Positions 24,046 to 34,999 of a stretch of DNA of 61,158 nucleotides are shown here, piece after piece. Positions within the stretch are counted from its first letter, which is position 1, and the number at the start of each line of letters is the position of its first letter. Made by a program: the position numbers and the translations under genes. Source of the DNA: Chiloscyllium plagiosum (lineage: Eukaryota); NCBI RefSeq assembly GCF_004010195.1, contig NC_057711.1:74723571-74784728 (forward strand), read 5' to 3'. The notes under the pieces were generated by a model, which saw only the letters and a list, made by a program, of their open reading frames with translations, was not told the origin of the DNA and made no database searches.

Positions 24046-27000
24046 TTATCTGCCATTCCTGTTTGCACCTGGGGAATGGTCAATGGCATTAATTAGCTCA
24101 TAGGAGTCTTTAAACGGCTTCAGTTGGGTCCAGTGCTTCCATGTGCCTTTTCCTTTATAATCTTTATAACTTTCCTTTATAAGTGGGTACAGGTGTCCCC
24201 ACTTATTACCATGTCGTATGGCCCATTCCATTTTTGGGGCAAAGCCTGGTTTGTCAGGCAGTGCTCACACCAGAACGCAGCCTCCTGCTGATGGGACCTC
24301 AGGGAAGATTGAGTTCCCCTACCCTGTTCTTTTTGTCCTGTTTATCAATTGTAGATTTCTGCATCTCTTTCAATTGGGCGCTTAGTTTTATCACATACCA
24401 CTGAATTTTGTCTTTTAGTGGACCCACATCGGTGCCACCGTAATTATTGTCTCTGGCAATTGCATTGCTCACCCGACCATTAATTCATATGGTGTTAGCC
24501 CAGTTGCCTGATTCATGGTGGCTCTTAATCTCATTTAGTATGGCTGGCAGCACTTCAACCCATGTTCTGCCTGCGGTTTGCATAGCCTTAGCTAAAGTAT
24601 TTTTGAGCATTCTATTCATCCTCTCTACCATCTCTGAGCTCTGGGGGTGATAGGGAATGTGAAATTTTTGACTGATGCCAAGTAATTGGCAGACAGTCTT
24701 CATGACCTTGCCTGTAAAATGTGTCGCTTGATCAGAGTCGTTCTGGAGAGGTACCTCCCACCTAGGGATTACCTCCTCTGCTAATATTCTGGCACAGTGA
24801 TGGCAGTGCAGCTTTTGGTCGGGAATACTTCAACCAACTGGGTGAATTGGTCAATGATGGCCAGGCAGTACATTCTCCCACGGGAAGGTGGTAATGGCCC
24901 TGTAAAATCCACCTAAAGGTGTTTCCAGGGTTCCCTAGGTCTGGACTGGAGTCCCATCCTAACATTTATGGGTCTCCCTGGGTTATGTTGTGCACAAACC
25001 ACGCGTCTGTGGCAGTACTTGGCCACATCTCTTCCCATTCCCTTTCACTACCACTCCCTCCCTAGACTTGCTATCATGGCCTCTCTACCTGTATGGGAGA
25101 GTCCGTGGGGCAGTTCAAGCAATGTGTTCTGTATACACACTGGTGCTACCACCCTGTCTGCTCACGTCCATACACCATCCTCCCCTTTGAATGCCCCCTG
25201 CATTCCCATTTCTCTCTCTTCCTGCGGGGTCTGCTCCTGCAGCTTCTGAATTTGGATAGTGTCTTTTGCAAATTCAATAGTGGCTATTGCAGCCTCGTCA
25301 ATGGCTTCTTGTTATAGGCCTTTCTGAGCTGCTCAGTCTGGTGCCTGGTTTCCTTTGAATTTTAGCCAACCTGAGCTCTCTTTTGCTGGCTCCCTTTGAT
25401 GGGCTTTTATTTTTATTACTGCAGCCTCTTTTGGCTGTTCACTGACACACAATAGTGCCTGAATTCTTAATTGGTGTCTGATAAGGGCTCCCCCTGCAGT
25501 GGTGAACCCTCTTCGCCCCCTATCTTCATCCCCATCTATATCCCCACAGCTGTGCGGTTGCCCGTGTCTAGAATTCCCTCAGCTGGGTTTTCTCCCGTAT
25601 CCCTAACTATTACCACGGACTGACTTAGGGGTAAAAGAACTGCCTCCCACTTTGCCCTTCTTATATTAGAGACGGTGCTCAGTTTCCCTGTCACAATAGT
25701 GCCTGAATTCTTAATTGGTGTCTGATAAGGGCTCCCCCTGCAGTGGTGAACCCTCTTCTACCCCATGCCACCGTGTAATCATGGACTACACTGAAGGCAT
25801 ATTGACTGACTGTGCATATATTCGTGGTTTTTCCTTTTGCTAGTTCCAGTGCTTTAGTGAGTGTTACCAGTTCTGCTACCTGTGTGGACTGACTTCCATC
25901 AATCCTCCCAGACATAACTATTTCTAACTTATCAGTTATCACAGCCCATCCTATTTGAGGCGACCCTGCTACATATTTTTGTGACCCGTCCATGAAGAGG
26001 GTTTTCTTGGCTGTGTCTGGGGGGGGTATCTTTTACTCGCCCCCTATCCTCATCCCCATCTATATCCCCACAGCTGTGTGGTTGCCCTGTGTCTAGAATT
26101 CCCTCAGCTGGCTTTTCTCCCGTATCCCTAACTATTACCACGGACTGGCTTGGGGGTAAAAGAACTGCCTCCCACTTTGCCCTTCTTATATTAGAGACGG
26201 TGCTCAGTTTCCCTGTGTTTAGCATCTCTACTAGGGTGTGCTTGGTGTGGAGGATGACATTCTCTGTCATTACGAGGGACTCTCTAATCCTACCAGCCAA
26301 GCAGCGCAGTCTAAGGCTGCTATGCACCTGGGCAACCTGGTGACTACTGGCCCTTCTGTAGTAGAGTAGAACCCCACAGGCCTTCGCCTACTAGCGTGGC
26401 CTTGGGTGACCACTGCAGAGTAAAATCCTCCCTCATTATTACAGTGGTTGTGAAAATCCTTGCTGATATCTAGCATACCTAGCCCGGGGGCCGATATTAG
26501 TCAAGTTTTAAGCTGGCTGTATGCCTCCTCCTGTTCTGACCCCCCCAGATTACACAGGTTCCAAGGCGGGTTTGCATCCTTTAATTAATCTCTGGATTGG
26601 TTCAGCCAATTTTGCAAACTCTGGTATAAAGCTCCGACTGTAGTTGAATAGTTCCAGGACCTTTCTGACTCCCCTGACAGTGGCAGGTTGTGGCATCTGT
26701 TGGATTGCCTTCTTGCAGTCATTGGGCATTTCTTTGAGTCCTTGGGATATAAGGTGTCCCAGGTATAAGATTTGTGTTTTGCCAATCTGTGCCTTGCTGG
26801 GCTAACTTTTAACCCTGTGGTCGCCAATTCCTGTTATACTAGAGATAAAGCTTCCCAGTGTCCTGATCTGAACTTTGCAGCAATTAGGATTTAATCTACA
26901 TATTGGAGGGCAGTGCTACCCTCTGGTAAATCTATTCTCTTCAGAATGTCACTCATCATCCTGTGAAAAATAGTGGGGTTGTTGTGAACCCCTTGTGGCA

Positions 27001-27900
27001 GCGAGTCCACGTATACTGCCTGTCCCTTACTGTAAAAGCAAACTTATTCTGGGACTCACTGGAATAGACCTGAAACCATTGGCTATGTCTAAAACAGTAA
27101 AAATCTTCGGGGCCAAGCTGTTTAAAATGGTGGAGGGGTCTGCTGCATTGGGGTGCAGTTTGGGGGTAACCTTATTTAACCCTTATAATCAATGGTGAGC
27201 CTGTAACTCCCATCAGGCTTATATTACTGGCACGTCAAGGAATTAGTTTTACTTGTGGTTGCTTTCAGGATTCCCTGTTTCACTAGTCCTTTAACTATCT
27301 CCACAACTGCTTTTTCTGCTTTGGGTTTTATTCGGTAGTGCCAGTGGGGCTAATGCTCTGGTTCAGGAACCCTTATTGGGTCTATGTTAACTAGACCTAT
27401 ATCTAATTTTGTTTCTGCCCAGGCTCCAGAGACGGAGGCGCAGAGGGCTACAAATCCCCAATTTTTGAGGTTCCAGTCCCTACTGGTGACTGTAGCCACT
27501 TTAATAGTTTCAAGGTGACTTGTAAGTTGCTCAATCCGTCCTGTCTGGGCCAAATCAATTTCCCTTTTGCACAATTGATTCAAACATGATATTCTCTCAT
27601 GACATTATTGCCCATTATGGTGCCCCTGTTATTTTGGCATACATAGAATCTCATGGGGATATATCTGTTATTTATTTCTACGAGGGTAGTTTCACTTAGG
27701 TAAGCTGATGTTTTATACCCTTCTACCCCAATTAAGTGAATTAATTTATTTGTGTGGGGATAGGGTAAGTTTGTGATGGATACGGCCGCTCCTGTGTCCA
27801 CTAGCATCTCACTTTTCCTCCCTCCTATTACTGTGGGTACATAAATTCTCTTCTCTCCCTCACCTTCACGAATGAGGGCAGCTGGTTGACAGCTCTGCTG
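24046..27900 (-). pseudogene. pol: ERV pro-pol (protease, RT, tether, RNase H, integrase), decayed
   Basis: MLVDTGAAVS protease; VLDIANGF, NNPTIFH, LQYVD*ILI in RT; FMDGS...QVAELVTL...IKAHQ RNase H; VDFTGP, DSDQATHF, YHPQSSEMVERMNR integrase; WNGPY. Confidence 0.93.
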
Positions 27901-29165
27901 ACCTCGGGACTCCCGTGGTTCCGCGGTATTCCGGCTGGTGCTTGGGGGTGCCCCATGCTTCTAGCCACTGCTCAATGTGTCCGATTCTGTTGCAGTGGCT
28001 GCAGCATTTTACATTGTTCCCTACTCTACATCCAGCACATTCTCTAGCACAGTGTGGCAGGGTAGTTATATTCTACTCTCGCCTCCTTTCCAGTAGGCTG
28101 CTTTGTCAGGTCTTGCCTTTATTGCAGGAGCTTCTGCCTCCTGCACCCCGCTAGCCCGCTCAACTAGATCATCATAATCCTGGGAGATTATTACTCCCAT
28201 TTTCAGGATGGCTTGGGGGCGCTAGAGAGCCCATCTCTAAAGGCTTGGATGAATGCCCAGTCCCCCCGATCTGGATTCGCTTGCCCTGAGGATTCCTGGT
28301 AGAACCTAAATAATTGTTCCCCATATTCAGAGACTCCTTCTCCTTTAAGTTGCTTAGTGTTTCTGATCTTGCTGCAGTTCGTGGGAGCATTTCCTAGCAC
28401 CCTCTGGATTTCCTCTTTAAAGTTGGTGAAGGTGGCTTACTGGGCATCTCTCTCAGCTGTAAGGGCGACAGCATATGTCCACTGTCCTCTCCTAAAGTCT
28501 CGGGCCACTGTGGCATCAGGTCCACCAGCTACCTGTCTCCACTTGTCCGCTGGGCAAGCTGCCCGGATCAGCTGGTGTATGTCCCTCAGGTGTAATTGGT
28601 GCCCTACCCATACACTATCCAGCTCTTCCCAGAACCTGGTGCTTGCAATCTGGGGCTGTAATTTGCCCAGAGAGGCCATAATTTTCTGTCTCTCCCCTGG
28701 AGTGAAGGGTTTATAATTCACTTGGGGATGTGAGTCTGTTCCTCCTCTAATAATGGGCACTAAATATTACTCTTGCACAGTTTGTCCAACAGAGGGTGCA
28801 GTTGGTCCCTGCTGGACGGTTTTGTAGGAGGGAAGAGAGTCAGTCTCCCTTTCCTCCTGTATTTTTTCTAATTTTTGTTCTAGCTCCTTTATCCTATCCT
28901 CCAGCTCTTCAATTCATTCTTGGCCTTTTCTCCACCTGCGAGTGGAGGCACCTAGATGTTCAATTAGGCCTGCTAATTAGTACACGAACATTACCCCAAT
29001 CTTTTTAGTTTTGATTTTGTTTGCCTGTCCACTCTCTCTGTTGTGCTAATGTCTGGGATGGATCCCAACCACTTTTCCTCATTTGGTCTGTCAACCCTTG
29101 TCTATTTGCTTTGTATTTCACAACAGGGAACCTGCAGTATCTCCCTTAAAGCCTTGATCTGCCAT
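27895..29165 (-). pseudogene. gag: ERV gag, decayed
   Basis: Probable start MADQGFKG; coiled coil IEELEDRIKELEQKLEKIQEE; LPSY and PTAP late motifs (PTAP 28793-28804); MHR-like TKQLKGEGVSEYGEQL; knuckle remnant CSHCNRIGH. Confidence 0.85.
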
Positions 29166-30123
29166 TTAGCAGGTTTCTTCCCCTGGATACCACCAACAGT
29201 AAGGTATTCCTAACCAGTGGGGATTTTTCTACTTCCTGGCCAATAATACTGCCACAGCACCATCCGTATGACTGTAGCAGCCTCCTAGTAAGGTGAGCTC
29301 TCTACCGGTAGGTCTTCTCTGCCCACCCAGTCACCACTACTAGTCAGTACCTACCGGTCGGCTGGGAATGCTGGCTCAGTCGGGTCTGCTGTTATCAGTG
29401 GGACTTCTCTACCCTCCCAGCCATCTCTACTGACCCAACACTTCCTGATAGGCCCAGAAACCTACCTCTAGTACGGTGTGCTCTCTACCGGTGGGACTCT
29501 TTACCCTCCCGAACACTGCCACTATTCAGGCTCTGTTGTTCTACTGCGGACTGACAGCATATCACAGTTACTCACAGTGTCCATGCTGCCCACCTTGGTA
29601 ATGTGCGCTGCACTGAGGTTTGGCTCTTGGTCAGAGTGATCAGCTCCTATTCCTCACCATATTGGAAATTACAAATACAAACAGCACCCAACTTTTAACT
29701 GAAACTCTAACTGGACTCTGCGTTGTTCGCCCCTACAGAGTCCAATCTTACCTGACTTTGCCACTTGTGCTTCACCCTTGGTGCCTCAATTCCCACTTCA
29801 AATCCTAACCTTCGCATGGGGAGGGCTACCCCTCATAACAACTGGTTTAGGGCAGGGTCTTTGAGACTGACATGACCTTGCCCTCTGGCTGTTCCAGCAC
29901 AAACAGCAGGTTCTTACAAAGTGAATACAGTTAACACTTATTCTCCACAGACATGCACTTTATTTTTTTTTTAACTCAGTACTCTAGCAAGTTAGAAATT
30001 GTAATTGGTATACTTTTTAAACTGTGTCCTTGGCCCGGTCTGACTCTTCCCATTTGCAGGTACAAATTCATTCTTACGCCGGTTCCCCGACCATGGCCTT
30101 CGACCAGGGTGCCAGTAATAAGA

Positions 30124-30141
30124 ACCCTGTTTGCAGCACCA
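30124..30141 (-). promoter_or_regulatory. Primer-binding site, most similar to tRNA-Ser
   Basis: TGGTGCTGCAAACAGGGT, 2 nt after the LTR CA; resembles the vertebrate tRNA-Ser complement TGGCGCAGCGAGCAGGGT as I recall it (4 mismatches, two at CpG). Confidence 0.65.
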
Positions 30142-30143
30142 AT

Positions 30144-30882
30144 TGTTGTGGTGAAAATCACCAGCCTTGGAGTCAGAGTTGGGGTTCAACGACAGAGTTT
30201 ATTGTACAAGGAAATACCGGAACTCCGGGGAGAGAAAGTCACCAACAGCACAGTGGGTTAGCTGCGATTCTTCTCTCCACCCAGAGCACATGTCAAGATA
30301 CTTTTATACATTTTGTGATATAATAGGTCTGTGATAAGGTTATTGTCTCTGTAACATGGTTTGTTTTTTGTAAATCTTACAGAATCGTTGATAGTTTCGA
30401 TGCAGTCATTGTCACTTACAGTGCAGCATTTGTTAATTTCAGTGAGGTTATTGTTAGTTTCAATGCAGACGTTGTCAGTTTCAATGTCTGTGCAGAGGTC
30501 CATTACTATAGTAATGGGCACAAATCGCTCTTCCTGAGAAGTATGATTACTGCAGCCCTGGCTATTAGCATTTTGTATTGGGTCCATATCAAACAGTTAG
30601 CATTTCTATCAAAGTGTTGGCTGGACTCAGACATGTCATCGAGCAGTATACGCTACTTGTGTATTCTCTCCCCAATCCACCTTAAACTAATCAACTAGGT
30701 TGTGAGTGCATTGTGCTGGCATTCTGGTGGCCCCAGGCAGTATCTGTGTTTGCTCTGCTGTCTCTCTCCATATAAAGGTCTGGCAGCCATCTTGTGTGTC
30801 AAGTGGCCAACTTATGGTTTAGCGGCCATTTTGTGTGCCCCTATGCCTAGTGTCACCCTGCCCCGTGCCATCTCCCACTTCA
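30144..30882 (-). repeat. ERV 5' LTR (739 bp) with TATA box and poly(A) signal
   Basis: Direct repeat of 21604-22329; TATAAAA at 30302-30308 and AATAAA at 30198-30203 on the minus strand. Confidence 0.95.
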
Positions 30883-31397
30883 AAACATAGCATTGTTTAT
30901 TGGAGATACTAGATATTTAGTTAGAGCTATTAATATTATTCAGCCTGCATTTCTCTCCATATTGTAATATCAAACCATACACACCTTTGACTTTTCTCTT
31001 CTTTAGCAGTTTCTTATGGCTGTATCTTATGATTTTGTTTTGCTGTTAATTTTGTGGAGAGTTTCTCTCAAGGACTCATATATTTTCTCACACTGTTGTC
31101 CCAAAGTTGGTTCATTAAGTATCTGTCCTTACTCTCATCCAAATTTAACACCATTCTACCCCAATGGAAGTACCTGTAACATGTCACTACTGCTAGGATT
31201 TCCCTAAATAGACTGGCATCCCTGGCATTTGCAACATCTTTTAAAGCCTGTTTTTCAGCTGGACAAGCACACAGCTGCCCTACACAGTGTCTGAAATTAA
31301 TTCCACACCAGGCAGACAAGGGAAAGTTGGTGTCCCAATTTGTGGATTGGGATTTGGCGGACCTGATTGATGAGGTGGCGCACAAATGGGACGTTAG

Positions 31398-31710
31398 GTG
31401 TGGCATGGTGGTTAACACTGCTGCCTCACAGTGCTAGGGACCCGGGTTCAATTCCATCCTTCGATGACTGTCCGTGTGACGTTTGCACATTTTCCCTATA
31501 TCTTTGGGTGCTCCGGTTTCTTACTGATGTTGAGATTAGGTGGGTTGGCCATGCTAAACTACCCATAGTATCCAGGGATTTGTAGGTTAGATGAATTAGC
31601 TGTGGGACATTCAGAGTTACAGGTATGGGGGAATGGTTCTTGGTAGGATGCTCTTCAGAGGGTTGGTGTGGACTCAGTAGACCGAATGGCTGGCTTCCGC
31701 ACTGTAGGTT
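31398..31710 (+). mobile_element. HE1-type tRNA-derived SINE
   Basis: actgctgcctcacagtgctagggacccgggttcaattcc head, ggccatgctaaa core, CR1-like tail. Confidence 0.8.
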
Positions 31711-32605
31711 TTTCTTTTCCTCCAAGACCAGTAGCGTAGGCCACGACACCAGACCATGCCAGGCTGAGGAGAGGCTGCCAATCTGCAGTCTTAGGTGTCT
31801 GGGAGAGTACACAGCAATGATGGATGAAGGTCAGTGATCTTCTCCACTCTCTCAGTGTAAGTACCACCATCTTCTCTCTGAAACCTCAGCCTCATTGTAT
31901 CTCTGCTATTGTATTCACCTCCCACCGAGCTGTATGCAGTGCCACTTTAACTTTTGCCTGTAACATCTACTGTCAGTCGCTGTCACCCACTAACTCCCTG
32001 TCATCCACCAGCTCCCTGTCACCACTAACTCTGCATGCCATCTGTGCTGCCCACTCATCTGCTCAGGACTCCTCCCTACATTCACCCATGAGAACCTGGC
32101 TGGTCATTTCCAAGCCCTGGTCTAGTATTAGAGGCTGCCCTTGACTTTGTTGAAACATCCTAACCCAAGGCTGCCCCTGTTGACCTGATAGAAGCCCCTG
32201 ATACTGGACCTGGGGCTTGGCAATGACCAGCTAGCTTCTCATGGTGGTCAGAGTTCAGCATCCTCACCTGCTGACAACCATGACAAGCTTTATGGCTTTG
32301 TGTCTGCACCAAATGACAAGTTAAGGCAGCTGAACCCAGATTCTCTGGCTGAGGGGCAAAATGAGAAAAAGGCAATGCAGTGCAGGGGAACTGCAGGGTA
32401 GACCTAAAGTGAAGTGAATGCTATGACTCAAGTGAAGAGTCTGGAGATGCGGCTTAGTTCTTTCCATGACCAGGGTGCATAACTCTGTGTGCAAAGTGTC
32501 TTTTCACCCATAATTACAATGATAGTTGCCAGTGCAACCTGAGGTACTGCATTGAAGTGTAGAAGCACCCTGTAATCGAATTGAAGATATCACATAGGGG
32601 TATTT

Positions 32606-32930
32606 AGAATCCATAGGGTATGGAAGCAGGCCATTTGGTCCATCAAGTCCACACTGGCCCTCTGAAAGTATTCCACCCAGACTCACCCCCGATCCTCTCC
32701 TTGAAACTCTGCATTTCCTAAGGCTACTCCATCCAGCCTATATCACGGGGCAATTTAGGATGGCCAATTCACCTAACCTACATATCTTCCAACTGTGGGA
32801 AGAAAGGGCATCACCCAGAGGAAACCAACCCAGACACGGGGAGAACGTACAAACTCCACATAGTCGCCAGAGGGTGGAATCAAATCTGGGTCCCTGGTGC
32901 TGTGAGGCAGCAGTGCTAACCACTGAGCTA
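32606..32930 (-). mobile_element. HE1-type tRNA-derived SINE
   Basis: Reverse complement of the same head and core (ctggtgctgtgaggcagcagtgctaaccactgagc). Confidence 0.8.
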
Positions 32931-33949
32931 GTGTGTAGTCCCAGATTGGCAAATGTCAAATGCCAATGTCCATGGATACTGGATGCATGTGGCTGCTGCC
33001 CATCAAGCATGGTCTGAAATATTGGGACCTGGTGTCCAACGCGAAGATCCTTTGGAACAAGCAGTGAGCTGAATTCACCAGATACCTGCTCTGACTTGGA
33101 TATCAGAAATTCTCAGCATCAAGTCTGTTTGCAGTGGATGTTGCAATAGAAAGCAAATAGGCAACTCACCATTGTCTAGTGGCAATCTCACCTTGATGTC
33201 CAGAACTTAATTAAAAGATGCAGCAGTTGTTTCTGATGTTGAAATAGATCTTTCTGAATTTCTCATGTGATTCTGCCACATTTCTGACCATAGTTCATGT
33301 CATTCAGGTCTCCATGTGATTCTGCCTTTAGTTATCCCTAATCTTGACATTTTAAAATTTTAGTCATTGAATGCATAAAATGTGATTTAAACTGAAGTTA
33401 GAGTTCTGTTTGTTTTTGATGCTGAATTGTGGTTAGTGCAAAATCTTCTTCATCTGTCAAGTATAAAATTCCACAAAACTATAGGCAAATAACTTAAAAT
33501 CATGAAATAAATGAATACCACACTTTGATATGAAGAAAGTCTTAACCTTATAGGCATTCTAAACCACAATTGTTTACCTTTAAATAGAAGAGTTTGTATT
33601 TTGTTGTACTGTACTGGATTTTCCTATTTATTCAAATGGCTTACCTAAAGTCCCAAGTGAAAACTATGTGTTTGTTTCCATCGAGAAATATTCTTCACCC
33701 ACATTTGCAGAAAGTAAAAATAACAAGTTGATTCAGAGTCACAACAGAGAATTACTTCATTGGTAACAGAATTCAGGTATGTTTTCATTTGTGATTTCAA
33801 ATGGCTCATTACGAATCGGTAAATGATTCTAATGCAAATAGAAGAAAAATGGTGAAAGGGAAATTTCTCCATGTTGTTGTCAATGGATGAGGATTTAGGA
33901 AATCTGGCAATGAGATGCAAAGAGTGAATTCTGAGAATTAAATTTTAGA

Positions 33950-34975
33950 TAAGGAATCAACATTGCTTAGCACCTTTATTGTACCAGTTAAGAGATATTG
34001 TTTTAAGTGATTACCCTTGGGTATCACATCTGCACCAGAGATTTTTTTCAGTGGACAATGACAAGTATCTTGGAAAGACTAGGGGAGTAATTTGCCATTG
34101 GAATACTTCCTAGTTCACGGATGATTCAATACACAGAGGATGATGCCAAAGTGGGAGCTTGGTACAATATCTGCAAAGAAAATAACTTGCCATCAATAAC
34201 AAATGCGAGTTCTTGCAACAGACTTTTAAGTTCCTATTGTACATTGAACACTCAATAGAGGTAAGAGCTGATCCTCAGAAAAGAGTAGTGAGTAAAGACT
34301 TCACATCTCTTTGAAATGTTACAGAGCTTTAGCAATTTGAGAGGGTTGGTGAATCAAGTGGGAGGAATTTGTCCAACATCGCACATGAGAATGAACCATT
34401 ACATCAGTTGTTAACACATGATCAGGTTTGGTGTTGGGAAGAAACCCAACAAATGTTATTTTAAAAAGATTGAGGTAATGTTAAATTCATTGGAAAAATT
34501 TACTCATAATGATTTTTTTTTTAGATTAGATTACATTACAGTGTGGAAACAGGCCCTTCAGCCCAACAAGTCCACGCACATGAGAATGAACCATTACATC
34601 AGTTGTTAACACATGATCAGGTTTGGTGTTGGGAAGAAACCCAACAAATGTTATTTTAAAAAGATTGAGGTAATGTTAGATTCATTGGAAAAATTTACTC
34701 ATAATTATTTATAGCTGCCTACAATTGGTGGCCCAGACATATTGTCAACTTGATTGGAAGCAGTGCTTTTCCAGATCCTGAGGAATGGTAAATCCAAACC
34801 AGGGTACTCTGCACCTCACTGTGTGACTGAAACAGAACAAAGATACACAGTTATTGACAAAGAAGATTAGCTGCTACATAAGCTTGCTAAAAGTTTGCAG
34901 AATATGTCTAGGTTTTCAGCTGACAAGCAAGACTGACTGCAAGCCATTGATTACTCGACTTAATGTGAAACAAAA
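33950..34975 (+). mobile_element. Gypsy LTR-retrotransposon RT/RNase H fragment, decayed
   Basis: YCFK.LPLGITSAPEIF, NKCEF, RADPQK, EPLHQLL, TETEQRY, TDCKPL motifs across frameshifts. Confidence 0.8.
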
Positions 34976-34999
34976 TTTGAAAAGATGCTTGGAGTTAAT

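Larger units (their letters stand above)
21604..30882 (-). mobile_element. Full-length endogenous retrovirus (provirus), decayed; class III / snakehead-retrovirus-like Pol
   Basis: Paired LTRs with TG...CA ends, AAAC target-site duplication (21600-21603 and 30883-30886), PBS, PPT, and gag, pro, RT, tether, RNase H, integrase, env in order. Confidence 0.95.

Noticed and set aside
33650..33776. Coding exon ending at cag|gtatgt
   Set aside because: All frames contain stops between plausible acceptors and the donor.
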